Made by a program: the position numbers and the translations under genes. Of a stretch of 64,000 nucleotides of DNA, positions 1-13,877 are shown one piece after another (position 1 is the stretch's first letter; each line of letters opens with the position of its first letter). The stretch is from Octopus bimaculoides (lineage: Eukaryota), in the NCBI RefSeq assembly GCF_001194135.2, contig NC_068985.1, forward strand, positions 92,867,426 to 92,931,425. The letters are read 5' to 3'. Under the pieces are notes generated by a model. It was not told the DNA's origin. It made no database searches and saw nothing but the letters and a program-made list of their open reading frames with translations.

Positions 1-1726
1 TATTATCAACTGGTTTTTAACTGCTGAACCTACTTATTTGCTCTGTTCACTAACCTTGTACACTTCAGAAAACTATTTTCTCTTCTCTAAATTCCCAAGC
101 TCTTTGCTTCTTTTTGTTCTGTATTTATGGCAATATCAGATTCCTACACATATATTGTTAAAGAAATTTAACTATTTTATATTGATTTGTCCACTTTTTG
201 TTTAGATAATTAGCGCTATGTGTCAACAATATATGTATATTATGACTGACATGATGATGGTAATTTTTTAATATAGTCATAGAATATATAAACTGTGGCC
301 GTAATGCTTGTCTGGGAAATTAACATTAAAGAAAGTATTGTGAAAACATTCTACTTGTGTTTGGCCTTAGAATATTAACAAACTAACAATTTTTTAATAT
401 TCTAAGTCTATTGGCTGTGTTGCAGTCCAATCTTTTCCAGTTGTTTATGCAACTTTTAATGGTCTCCTATCCATTTTGCAAAGATGGCCTTTGTGGAAAT
501 GTAATTTTATTGTGATATGTAACTATTGGAAAATAATAGCTTCATTGATAATCTCTGTTCTTCATGCTGAAAGGCAGAATCTTTTTTCTTGTCTTATTTA
601 GTTTTCTTCGCTCTGAACATAATAAATCTTAAAAACTTGAAATTCCTAAAAGCCAAAATTATCTTTTTCACATCTAACCACACCAATACCCCACTTCCCA
701 TACATGAGTGTATTATTTATTAGGTATTACTATTGAAAACCTGTTGCAAAGTTGTGATTGCAATTTAGGTGTAGTATAAAGGTTGTCATGGAATTAAATC
801 TTTACATTTCTTATATGTTGTTTCCCTTAAGAAAGTATTCTCTTTTATAAAAAAAAACTGGAACTTAATTTAAGATTTGTTAAGTTTAATAAATGGATAC
901 TTGCTCAAATTTCACAAGTTTTCCTTTTTTCCTTTTTTTTTTTTTTGTCACTTTTCTTACAAATAACATAAAACCTTATTTGTGAGAAAAACTTACTGCT
1001 AAACTGCTTCTAGCAACTGACCAATGGAGGGAAGAAAAAAAAATCAAGCTGATATATTATTTCTATTGTGCTCATTAAGAATTCAAATTTTACAATAATG
1101 CCTTGATATATGTTTGAAATCAAAAGATTGTGCTGCTGTACTCACACATATTGAATAATCTGAAATCAGATGAACATTTTCTTGTTGCCCCTGACTTCTT
1201 TTCCATTGGTGTATTTGTTAAGTACCTAAGACAATGTTTCTGTTACCAAGTGTCATACATATGCAGCTAAATTAGTTTGAATGGAAAGAAATAGCATATA
1301 CCATTACATGGTTTATAAAATATCAATCAATTTCATTATCATCATCATCATCATCATCATATTTCTTAGTTCTTCTTTTTCTCTGATTGAGTTTGCTGGC
1401 TTTTTAGTTTTCCACATCATTCTTCATGGTCCTTCATCATCTCAATTGCTCTGCTAGTTTTTTTTGTTTTTTCACTAGCATTCACTCAGTCTTTCATGCA
1501 AGTTGACATTGTATACACAGCTGATGAAAATCAATTCCTTTTCTCCTGCTTCTTAGAGGGGAAATGTTTATTTCCAACAGATTGCAATTCTCTGAACCTA
1601 ACACTTCTTTTCTTCTTGATATCTTCTGTTTTATCACTAGAACCAACTTCAGATGTTAATGGTTCTGTCACCTATACAGTTCTTCTGCACTACTTGTTCA
1701 AGTGTACAACTAGTTGTATTGGCAAC

Positions 1727-2656
1727 TATGAGGGGAAGTCAAAAATTATTTGCATTTTCATCAAAACTCTCTTTAGATTGACCACACCATCTTCAGTGTG
1801 GGTTTCTCATTATGCAACCAAAGTTTGACCTTGGTCACTCCAGTTTGCTTTCTTGTGTTACAGAATAAACAAAGGTGCTCTGCTATAGGTGTGCACCAAA
1901 GAAGAACAGACATCAGTGATCTGATTTCTCTGGTCTGAAGGTGTGTCAGGGGCTGAAATTTATTACTGACTTTCAATACAATAGAGGGACAGCATTCTAT
2001 CATTTAAAAGTGTGCATGAGTGGATTGAGACAAATGTGGAACAAGAAGAGGGAACAGGATGTCCATCAACCTCCATCACTGATGTGAAGATTCAATAAGC
2101 TTTTTTGGAAAGTATAGTCACAAGTAATGAGACTTGGGTTCATTACTTTGAGCCAGAATCCAAACTATGATGTGAAAAAGAAATTCAAGACTCAATCTTC
2201 TACAGAAAAAGTGAAAAAGGATCTATATTGGAACATTACCTGAAAAGGAGGATGTACAGTCACAAGTGTAGGTTATAAGGAAATGCTGGCCAACAAACTG
2301 AAACCAACAATTTGCGCCAAATAGCAAGGTCTGTTGTCAAATCAAGTATTATTGTTGCATGATAATGCACACCCACATACGACTGCCCACACTGTTGAAA
2401 CCATTGAAAAATTGGGTTTCAGGTTGCCAGAATAGTCCAGTTCTTTTAACTATTACCTTTGGTTCACTGAAACATCCTTTACAAGGTTGTTGATTTGCTG
2501 TGGATGAAGTACAGAAAATGTGAACGACCATTAGCCTTTGATTCCAATTGAATAAGCAAGGAAACTGTCGAAAGAGGATGTAATTGTTCTACTTCTGCTT
2601 TTGTTTTAATAATTTCTAGAAAGAAGAGCATGTATAATTTTTGACTTATGCTCATA
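1727..2656 (+). mobile_element. Decayed mariner DNA transposon with both TIRs and TA flanks
   Basis: The left TIR TGAGGGGAAGTCAAAAATTAT (1729-1749) matches the right TIR ATAATTTTTGACTTATGCTCA (2634-2654) at 18/21, with TA on each side. Internal translations IVTSNETWVHYFEPESK (from 2114) and LLLHDNAHPHTTAHTVETIEKLGF (from 2349) match the mariner catalytic motifs. The frame is broken. Confidence 0.85.
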
Positions 2657-5600
2657 TATTTTCCTGATAGACCTGTTGTTTTCCCTGCTTTCATGTCAGG
2701 TATGATTGTCTCAATATCTAAAACTACATTTTGGGGTTTCTTTTGCTATCTATTCATTATACTTAACAACTTCTGATGTAGAACTTCCCGCAAGCGTTTC
2801 TTTCCACTGTAACTGAGAACCATTTTTTAATCCATTTTGTTTTTTTCCTAATAATATCCTTGTTCATATGAATTTACAGTTTGATGCCTCATATCTTCTC
2901 AGTGCAGAACATTTACAAACATCTGCCATACTTAGCTGAATAAACTTGATGTTTCTCTTACCACCTAGCCTTTACTTAGCATTGTGAGGTTGTAGTTACA
3001 CAGTTGCTCAGCCTGCTAGAAATAGCAGCCAAATTCTCTTCCAATAAACACATTCTACCAGCTTCATCGTGGCTGAAACACCATTTTCCTACATCCTGTT
3101 TTCCTTCTTCTTTTCAAGTATTTTTCCAGCTTATAGTCCTAAGTATACACTAATTCCGATACTGTTGCAAACTGCCTATTTAGAGCCCTGAGAATCAGAA
3201 TAATGTAATATTTCTGAAGAACAATTTTCTGCAAACCAAACTGTCTCTGTGACAAGATACAGTATAGTGATATTCATAAATTTTACCTTATAAAAATATC
3301 TTCTCAATTTTACATATTCCTAGTAACCTATTTACTCTTCAGTCTGGGTTTGCTAACCATTCACTTCCATTAAAAAAGGAACATGGTTTTACCAATGATT
3401 TAATGTTCACGACCATTTGTCAGGATCTTTTATTGTTTCATTTGGTTGTTAAGTCTACTAGCTCCAACTTTAGAACACCAGCCAGTTCGCTGTTTGATTT
3501 TATAAAGCTTGTCTTGCACAAAATCAAATCATTAAATGTCATTAATATATTCAATTTCAAAAATCAGTTTATAATCTAAAACTCAAGTTTTAATTTATTT
3601 ATTGTTTTTCTTTTATAAAATACTACGAATTTTTTTTTATATCCCAATTTACTCTTAACTTTTCTATTTTAAAAGTGTGTATTAGGATGTCTATGAAGAG
3701 TCTTGTGACTACAATAACCATAGTGTTTCTCAAGTTAAATTCATTTCAAGGTCATTTTGTACTGAGTGTGAAAAATTGGTTCAGATTTAGTTGTAAATTC
3801 ATATTAATAACGGTTTCGATGAAGTAAATTCTTTAGTGGTATACTTACGTGAGTTTCCTTTTTAATCCTCTGAATAGAAACTTTTTTCTTCTTTTTTTCA
3901 TGAGGCAGATATTTATCACTTCTATTTTATCTATTATTCACTTGCTCTCTCACACTATCATCTATCACTCCTTTCCGTTATACCCTTTTTTTTTTCTCTT
4001 TATTTTCATTTCCTTTCCTCTTATATCATAAATGGCAATAAGTCATGAACATATAACCATAAATATGAAAGTGATACAAATGTATACTTTCAGATATATT
4101 TAGTTCTGTATTATCTTATATTTCTAACAAAAAAGCTTTAAATAGAATATGCAGTTTCTGAAACTGATAGGTCTTGTGAAGTGTAAATGTAGTATTTTAT
4201 CTATAATTTCAGATGTAGACAAAAAAACTAAAATAATATCTTGATTTTCAATCTTATGGTAAAGGTGAAGTTGATCAATAACAATTGTCATAGAATTGCA
4301 TCAATGTGTTAAGCTTCTGTGTGTTCTTGTGTTCTAATATAGAAAAATATTTTGTCAAATTACTTTACCGAATATTTAGCACAAAAGAAATGCATTCCCT
4401 CAATTACCAAATCTTGAAAGCATTGTTATCATCTGTACATTTGTGCATCGCTTTTCATATAGTAGTGATTCAGCAAAACTATTATCATTATTGTTATTAT
4501 TAGTTAGGTCTGGGCAAGGGGCAATGCCCTTCGCTTTTGCAAGCCTTCTAAAACCAATGAAATTGATGCCAGTTCATTTTCTGTTTTGGTTCAAAGGTTC
4601 AAACCCTGATTCATTTTCCTAAGCTTGTTGGTTTCATTTCATTTCCTTCAATTTTTTTTAATCTAAATATTATCTATGCCTGTGCACATATATTTATATA
4701 CATAGCTGTACCTACCAGAATTGATGAGTTTTGGAGAGTTTCTTTTTTAGAGTATTTTACAATGCTGTATTTCTATGAACTTTTGTGATAAGTTATCAGC
4801 TTCGAACATTTTTAGAATATGTCTTCTATTACTTCAACTTTTTAGTTTCTGTTTGTACAGCGTTTCTATTGGTTAGTCTCCAGTTGCTATTAAGTATGAA
4901 AAACAATAACCACCATTTTTGCCAGGGAAGTATGAGAACTTTTGTTTATCAGTGAGCAATAAAAAATACTTTTGGCAATTTAAGTACTGGTTATTGGTAG
5001 TCAGTAAAGCTTGTCTTCCATTTTACAAAAGTTTTCTTTATTCTAAAGGACTTTAGTCTCATCTATGAGCTACATTACAGATTGTAAAACCCTGCACATT
5101 TGTTATGGATATTGTGTAGTACTAATAAAAATTGCAGAAATGGGACAGTATTCTTTTTCTGTTCCTGTGGCAGGGAAAATATAAGCTAAAAGACTATTTT
5201 TGTGTTATCGGTTGTAGAAAATATGCTTAGATATATAGTGACTCAAGCCATTTCCCCATGCTGTATAATACAATCTCCTGTTTCATTAACAGAGTGTAGA
5301 ATCTATTTCATATATTCTAGATGACATCAAATCTCTATTATATATAGAGAAGAAAATCAATAATTAAGAATAATTAAAATACAGAAAGAATTTGTCTGTT
5401 CTAAATTTACAGCTGAAGGAAAGATCAAAGATTGAAATCTTTTAAACACATATGGTTGTTATCAAATGAGAAGTAATCTGTGTCTATTTGTGCCTCATAT
5501 CATCATTATTATTTAATGTCCTTATTCCATGGAAACAGGATCGAATGAGTCAGAGGGCTATGTTGATCCCTAATGTCTGCTTTTGGCCAAATTTTTGCAG

Positions 5601-7782
5601 CTAGATACCCTTGCTAATGCCAGTCACTTTACATGATGCACGTGGTACTTTTTTTCATGCCAGCAGCACTGTTAAGTCACCAAGTAACTTACAAGAAGAC
5701 CCTTTGACAGTGGTAGTGCAGTAAACCAGTTTGTAGGTTCAGAATTTTAAGAATGGTTCAAGGAAATAAGTTTGAAATATGTTGACTGAATGATATAATT
5801 ATTTACTTGGAATTTCAAGCTGATTAGAATGATTGATAATGTACAGATTTTCCTTAAAGGCACAAATTAAAAATCTTCATGACACAAGCACTTTGTTTTG
5901 TACTTAAAGAAGTTTGGGTTCTGCTCTCTTATTTGCTGTGAATTCTCCCAATATTCATCATAATTCATTAAACTATAAAAAAAAACGAGCAATATCAGAT
6001 GATAACTACATTTCACATGCTTACATACAATGAAAGTTTTAAATGATTTGTTTATTTTTGTCAATATTAGTACCATCATTAAATATTAACATCAAGTTGT
6101 CAGTATAATGTCAAAACCATGATAATTTGGTAATTTTAAATTATCTTTATCGTTTTGATTTATATTTGCCCAATCGCTACATTACTTAAATAATTTAATG
6201 TAAGAATTGATTAATATTTAAATTGCAGAAATACAAGTTTACTTTCTGCTTAGAATAATTTCAAATACAAATAAATGTGCATTTGTCTGACTAGAAGTAT
6301 TCATTCTTCCTTTATAATTCTGCTTCATTTATGATATATATATATATATATATATAATCATTTAATGAAATCGAAATCTCAGATTGCCAAATAACATTTT
6401 AACAAATATTTTCAAGAAGGCTAAATCTTACTCTAAAAGCCTGAAATAAGTAAACCTCTAACAATGTTAATGTTTTGCCATAGGTGATGTGAAGTTTTAT
6501 ATGCTAATAATTTCAAAAGAAACATCTCTCAAAGCAATCCCATTAACTTGTTACGTCAGATCCAGTTTTTTTAATACTGTACCATCTTGGCTGCCTTTTT
6601 GCTTTTGTTATATATGCCCTTATACAACTTTTGTTATCTATAACCTTATATAACTTGGTTGTAGATGCTCCAGCTATTATCTTCACACAGGAACATTTAT
6701 ATGAATTCAAATAGTTATTTAAAGTTAATAATGTGTTTTCCTGGATAATCTTCCTTGAGATTTGACTTAATTCAACACATGATTTATAATAATAATATCC
6801 AGCTCGCAAATGCCTTGAGTGAGAAACTTGGTATGAATGTTTGTAACAGAATAAACTCTGTTGCATATCAGGTTTCTAGTCTAACTTCCTTCTTGAAGCT
6901 CTGAGAAGGGCCATGATCATTGTCCTCTCTCCTTAAATTAAGACATTTATAAATAAATGCACCTACAAAACATTCACTCACACACAAATGTTTTCATTAT
7001 TTTAATACAGGGCATATATGAATTTTTTTTAAATAGTAAAAATATTTTTCTTTTAGATCCTGTTACATTGATAGTCTTATAATTTATTTTTAACTTAGCC
7101 TAAATAAAACACCTACAACTAGTTTTAGAAGTACATTTTAGCATAGTATTTGAATAGAAATTAGTGTAATTTAAATGCTGTGTGTGATGAGAGCGAGAGA
7201 GGGGAGAAATTGCATGTTTTGCAATGTGGGTCATGCTACAACTGAAACAAAAAAGACAAAAAGTGGTAATATTAGCACATAGTTTGTTGGCGCCAACTAT
7301 GAAAATTATTACTATGAAGGTTACTCTATATTTAGATAAAATTGAAACTGTCTGATTCTGTTCTTTTTTCTTTATTCATTTTGCAATTTGTCATTAATTA
7401 AAATTGGAAGTTATTAAGAGCATACAAAAGTTGATTGAATCCATTGTGTTGTTTGGTAAACTTAAATCATTATTATGGTTCTGTTTACAGTAGAACACCC
7501 TCATAGCAATATTCTCCATTTGACAGCCTTTGCTATATCTACCTCTATGGGAGCACTCCTATTTTGGACAGAGGAGTAAAGATTGAGATTGGAATTGTTA
7601 ATTCTTTCCTTGTAGTGATATAGATTAGCAATATGTTAAGAATTCATATAATAGAAATATTGCTTCAGCAATGCCCCATAGATTAATGGATTTCAAATAA
7701 TGTTGTTGAACATGTAGGTAAATAGTATTGGTAGGGAAAAGCCAAACGTGTTTGTCAAAAGAAAAAGAACATGGATGTAATA

Positions 7783-8000
7783 CTCCTTTACTTGTTTCCG
7801 TCATTTGACTGCGGCCATGCTGGAGCACTGCCTTTAGTCTAACAAATCGACCTCAGGACTTATTCTTTGTAAGCCGAGTACTTATTCTATCGGTCACTTT
7901 TGCCGAACCACTAAGTTACAAGGACATAAACACACCAGCATCGATTGTCAAGCGATGTTGGGGGACAAACGCAGACACACAAACATATACATGCACACAT

Positions 8001-8043
<43 letters not shown>

Positions 8044-8207
8044 CACGACGGGCTTCTTTCAGTTTCTGTCTACCTAATCGACTCAAGGCTTTGGTCAGCC
8101 CAAGGCTATAGTAGAAGACACTTGCCCAAGGTGCCACACAGTGAGACTGAACCCAGAACCATGTGGTTTGTAAGCAAGCTTTTTACCACACAGCCACTCC
8201 TATGCCT
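7783..8207 (-). mobile_element. tRNA-derived SINE, family A (head + core + internal CA/TA microsatellite + tail)
   Basis: The minus strand reads a tRNA-like head (A-box-like TGGCTGTGTGG, B-box-like GGTTCAGTC), the core CTTGGGCAAGTGTCTTC, a microsatellite and a conserved tail. Homologous copies lie at 21682-22087 and 51761-52109. Confidence 0.85.
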
Positions 8208-8848
8208 AGCTGATTTTTTTAGAAAACCTAGGATTTATTAATAAAAGTTAATTGAACAGTTTCCATTGTACATTTAATTAATATTTTTTTAATACATTCT
8301 CCAATAGTATTAGGTGATATTCTTTTAATTTGACGAATCAAAAAGTGATTCAAATTATCTTGGAATAATAATAATGAAAGAAAGAAATCAGTCCATACGG
8401 TACCAAAATAGAATCATTGCAATTAAGATAAAATGTTTACAAGATCATAACATATTTTGAGACATTTTTTTTTATTTAATATTTCTTAGATTTTCTTTCC
8501 TAGTATTTTCTAAAACTGAAATAGCAAAATTAACTTTTAGCACCCCCCCCCCACACTTATTTGATCTTGCATGAGAGTATAAGCACTTTGCTGCTTGAAT
8601 GATTGCACATGGTTGGAAGCCATTGGTACTGACAGATTCAACCATTTACTCTGATCAAATACACTGCCTCTATTGCATGTTTTGTGTTCCTGTTCTATTG
8701 TATACTCAGATGAACATTAAGATATTTGGCACTTCATAACTTCAGAAAAATATATAAACTTCTACCTATCTGTGGTTATTAGGTAGGTCTACCCATGTGT
8801 AAGTTACATTGTTCAGGTTTGGTATTACAGTGCAAACATTTATAATTA

Positions 8849-8849
<1 letters not shown>

Positions 8850-8911
<62 letters not shown>
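8850..8911. repeat. Compound microsatellite (GT)n(GA)n
   Basis: Read directly from the sequence. Confidence 0.95.
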
Positions 8912-8914
<3 letters not shown>

Positions 8915-10389
8915 TCTATTTCTAGTGTGTGCTTCTATATAATGATGGGATTATGTATACAAGAATAAAGGTCTTTGTATGTTTGTGTGTATCTGAGTGT
9001 TGGGGTGTGTATATCTGTTTGCATAAGTGAGTCTGTTTTTATAAGTTTATGGTCCAAAAGAATTTCTGGGTGATACATTTTATCTAAAATCTGGTTTAAA
9101 ATTTCATCCTGCATGCTTTTAGCAGTCAATTTGAGTTGCATTGGAGTTAGAAATCTTCTCTGAGGATGATTTTCTTGCACTTATCTCAGCTGCTGTAAAA
9201 ATATTCATGAACACTCCCACTCCATCTCTGATTAAGTGATAAAAATAAAATGCTAAAGATAAACACAACAGAATTTTCCATTATTTTATACTCCTTAGAT
9301 TACAAACTATTTAACCTATATTTTTACTAACATATCGTATATTAATGCTTTGTGATCATTAAGTTTCTAGTCTATCAGAATAGCTTTATGGTTCTATTAC
9401 TACTGACAAAGAAAATGATAACTTTCGAAAACGCATTATTTTTCAATTGCTTCAAGCAAATTTAAGAAATTGCTAATCTTTCATTAACAATTGAGTTAGT
9501 TGATGATCAATTATTTCTGCTTTCAGATACAGCTGTAACAATCGAATATTTTAAAGCTAGATATTTAAAGCAAGTCTCTGTTGTCTAAAGTGTTCACAAA
9601 ATTTCTCATGAGCTTTGGTTTTATGTATAATGGTGCTGATATTTAGCTTGTATTGCCCAAAGGGTTTTCATTTTCTCTTCAACGGATTAATAATTCTACT
9701 ATGTCCTTATTCTAACCCAGCGTTAAACTTCAGACATTGTAGTCTATAAATATAAACCTCTTTGCTAGCTTAAAATTATAGATAAAGCTTTGAAATCCTC
9801 AGTAATTATCCTCTTATCTTCCTTATACTTGATTACGTGTATTAAGTATTGATATTTTGTTTAATAATTTAAGGTAGACTAGAAGATCAATTAGATCAAA
9901 GTTAGAAATCCATTTTACTCAATAAAAATTAACCTAATTTCTGTCATTTAAATATTTTCTTTAGTTCACAAATGCTTCTTCATGCCTAAAACCAACATTT
10001 GAAGTTCAGTGGAAAACTCATCTTGTGCTTTAAAATATTTATTTTTATCCTTTTTTTCTAAAAAAAGGAAAAATTTTAATCTAGTGTGAACATGTATTTT
10101 TTACTGAGATTTTAAGCAGTAAAATAAAATTCTGTTATCTCTCAGAGTCCCTTAGAATAATTTACAAACTCTGATATTTTTATCGTTTAGAGAATGAAAA
10201 TCATTATCCCAAGGGAAATCATGAATTGGGGCCAAAGTGAAAGTTACTTTATCTGAGAGTGAAAAAAATTCTTTTGGCTGATGTTATGCCATCCATTCAC
10301 TAAGAACGAAACAAATGGTAAAAATTAAATAAACTATTTGGTTACAGAGAAATCCTTTATAATGTTCATTATAATTATCCTTCTCATGT

Positions 10390-10830
10390 TACATCCATTT
10401 TTCCGTGCTTACACCACAGCATCTTCTCACATGTTATGAGTCCTTTGTCATCCCATTTGTGAGGTTTTTATGCCACAAGATCAGTTTACACTACTTTTTC
10501 TTGGTTTTCCCCACAAATCTCTTTCACTTGAACCACTTTGCACTTCTCAGCTAACATCTTCCAGTTGCATTAGCGGTCTATACCAGCATGCCCTTCTCTT
10601 AAATGCACATTTTTCCTTGTGCTTCATTTATACACTGTTCATGCTAACCTTATACATCTAATGGAGCATGTTTGCCCTAGTTCTTTCCAGTATTAGCACC
10701 TCATGTTTTACTACTATAGAATCCCTTGGTTGCTAGTATAAGTAATAATGCCATAAATTTTTCCCTCCTATTCTTACTCTGGTCACTATAATTCTGTAAC
10801 ATCCTCCTCCGCTACTCATTAAGACACCTT
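10390..10830 (-). mobile_element. Old RTE-clade LINE fragment (end of ORF2)
   Basis: Homologous by eye to the RTE fragments at 15950-16240 and 31990-32450. The minus strand shows the SSGGGC..TRVRIG region. Confidence 0.55.
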
Positions 10831-11059
10831 CATTTCAGAAGCTATCTCCTACTGTTAGAAAATATTTCAACTGTTAGAATAAGTTTATCTTATGGGAGGC
10901 TCTTATGATACATATGAAGTCTTCCTTCTTTGTCAGTATGCAAGTGATTCTTTTTAGCATTTCTTGTGCACCATACTTTACACTATAGTACATTCTTATG
11001 CAGCATAGTCCTCTTTTCTTTCTTTCTCACTTGATTATATTTTATGTTTACTTACTTTT

Positions 11060-11315
11060 GTGGAGGCACGTGGCTTAGTGGTTAGGGTGTCAGCACCATG
11101 ATCGTAAGATTGTGGTTTCGATTCCTGGACTGGGCGACACGTGTTCTTGAACAAAACACTTCATTTCACGTTGCTCCAGTCCACTCAGCTGGCAAAAATG
11201 AGTAACGCTGCGATGGACTGGTGTCCCGTCCAGCTGGGGAACACATATGTCATTGAAACCAGGAAATTGGGCCCATGATCTTGGCTATGCTTTCAAAAGG
11301 GCGCATTTATTATTT
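11060..11315 (+). mobile_element. tRNA-derived SINE, family B, full length with 13-bp TSD
   Basis: A box TGGCTTAGTGG and B box GTTTCGATTCC. The direct repeat TTTACTTACTTTT lies at 11047-11059 and 11316-11328. Confidence 0.9.
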
Positions 11316-13548
11316 TTTACTTACTTTTAGGATGTCATGAATCTAGTCTTTGTTTTCACATTTGGAACTACCTTTTTTTATGTTATGGAAAATTGAATTC
11401 TGCAATTATGTATACTATGCAATAGTTACTGAACTGTAGCTTATATATAATGTATTATATGAAACAATGACAAATTAATCTAAACTCTGTTAGATATATT
11501 GTAATTATCACCTTGAGTTCACGAATAAGTATTACATTTTAGTCAGCAAAAGTCACATATTGTTATGTTTACTTGTTGAAATACCTCTCTATTTATGTAA
11601 TGTATGTATTTATTGCATTTTTTGCGTATATAGATGTATAGAACAGCATTGTCTAATGTGTTATTTCGTAATGTAAGATGGTATGGTGTCACTTGAAGAA
11701 AATTTGGCTGCTATTTATGATACATTGAGTTACTGATAATTTTTGTATGTGTGTATAATTGTTTTATGTACGTGTTAGGTGACATATATCTGCTTACCTC
11801 TGTTGGCTCCACTTTGTTTCGTATGGTGGTTGAACAAATATGGATGCTAGGGAAAGTATGAGCGTTATACATTTCGTCAACAAAGTGGTTATATTTCCAA
11901 TTTGTCTTTTCCTTTTTTAAATTGGTAGTATGTGTTTTGATGGAAATTTGGTTGTTATTCCTTGCAAGTTGAATGACCATGGAAAGTTCTTTGTCCATTG
12001 ACTAGAAGCAAACTTGCTTCTTATGTTGTCACTCATGATCAAACAAAAGTATAATGAGAATTTTCATTTTACTGGTAAAGCTGTGAGCTAAATACATCAT
12101 TTCATTCCAATTCATAAAAAATAATTTGTGTGCTCTTTTAAAAAAAGACAAATTCAAAGACTGGCTCTGTCTAACATTTCCCTATTTTCTTCTGCTGTTA
12201 ACCATATGCAGCAAACCTTCTACTCCTCATATCCTTAACCTGAAACCACTATCAATTTATGCCTCAATGTGATGAAGTGTCTATTTCCTTTCTATTGCTG
12301 TTTGAAGTTACCTTGTTTCACATTATTTTCTCATTATTGTTAAACTCATTTCTATTGCCACATAAACTTTCATAACTGCTGTCTGCATTTCAGCATGCTA
12401 CCTTATGGTTCCATCTCAATTTCAACTTATCAATGTTCTCCCTTCATTGTAATTACTACCCCTCTAAACGAATAATATATCCTCACACTTTCTAGTTGCC
12501 TCAAGCAATATACAGTCGACAACTTCTGTATCATATGCAGTAGCTTGGATTGTGGTATTGCTCAGTCATTTGAACCATTTGTCACTCTGGATTATTTCAT
12601 CCTATAGCTGTCTATGTATGTAAGAGTAAGGTTTATGACTTTCAATCTGGAGTTGTTACTTATGAGAAATATGTATATTTCAGGTGCTTCTTTGCTTGTA
12701 TAAATTAAGCAAAATCTGTTGATGTTTATTTGGAATGTAGCATCCATTTGTATGTAGATATATTTTTTGTTAACGATAAAATAAATACGTTTTATTTAAA
12801 ACAATTTTCTCTTTTAATTAGCCTTAATCATTTTCATCCCTTAATTTGTGAATGAATAATTTGCTTTGTATTTGTCTGTAGTGTGTGTGTGAAATTATTT
12901 TAATTTTCATATCTGAAATTTAAATTGAAAAGAAAAGGGCTAGAATGTTGGTTTAATTTTATATTGTTATACTATGGTGCTTTTCACTATTTGGTGTCCC
13001 CACTCTCTCCAATCAATATCGCTCTTATGTGATAATTGAATAAAAACATTGGAAACTAAATGGTTTATAACATTCACTTGTTAGATTTCTCCTTTGGGGC
13101 AATTTCAGCTAAATTTTCTTATTTTCAAAATAGTTTTAGTGATAGATTTCATTCTTCTTCATAGAACTATATCTTATTTCAATTAGGATTTGCATTTGTT
13201 TTTTAGCTGTAAATAGTCCCCTCCTCTAGCTGATATCCTACTAAATTCTTCAAATATGATTTCCTTTCTTCAAATTAAGAAATGTGAAGACAATGTGTAG
13301 AAAAGTTTTTTTTCAATTTTATGAAGGTATGTTGAAGTTTTATTTAAGGTGTGCAAAATAGTTTAAATTCCTGGAAGAAGTCATTGCTTTAGAAATTGAA
13401 CTTTTAGTTATTGTGTATCATTATGATTTCCAGAGCTGCCATGAAAGTTTATGGATAGTTATATAAAGGGAGGAACATTATTTTGATAATTGAAATTCTG
13501 AAACTTGTTTCCTATTGAACCATCTTGGTGACAAGACATGGAAAGTTC

Positions 13549-13877
13549 GTCATCATCATTTAACATTCGCTGTCCATGCTGGCATGGGATGGATGGTTTG
13601 ACTGGGCTGGTATGTTGGAAGGCTGCACCAGGCTCCAGTCCAATTTGACATGGTTTTCTACAGCTGGATGCCCTTCCTAACACCAACCACTCCGGGAATG
13701 TAATGGGTGCTTTTATGTGCCACCAGCATGACTCTGGTATCTTCTACAACTGTGATTTTGCTTGGCTTGATGTATCTTCTTAAACACAACTATGCCAACG
13801 GTCTTGGTCATTGCCTCTGTGAGGCCCAACACTCAAAGGAACTCAACCACTTTACCTCCATGAGGCCCAACACTCAA
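13549..13877 (-). mobile_element. RTE LINE 3' end (ORF2 C-terminus, 3' UTR, (ATG)n tail)
   Basis: The (CAT)n tail is at 13549. The body matches 60401-60682 and 63733-64000. The minus strand reads ..LGLTEAMT.. from the RTE C-terminus. Confidence 0.75.

Noticed and set aside
7491-7585. Possible exon (TTTACAG|TAGAACAC.. to GA|GTAAAG)
   Set aside because: The donor is weak, the peptide is unrecognised, and the start also resembles a pogo-type TIR.
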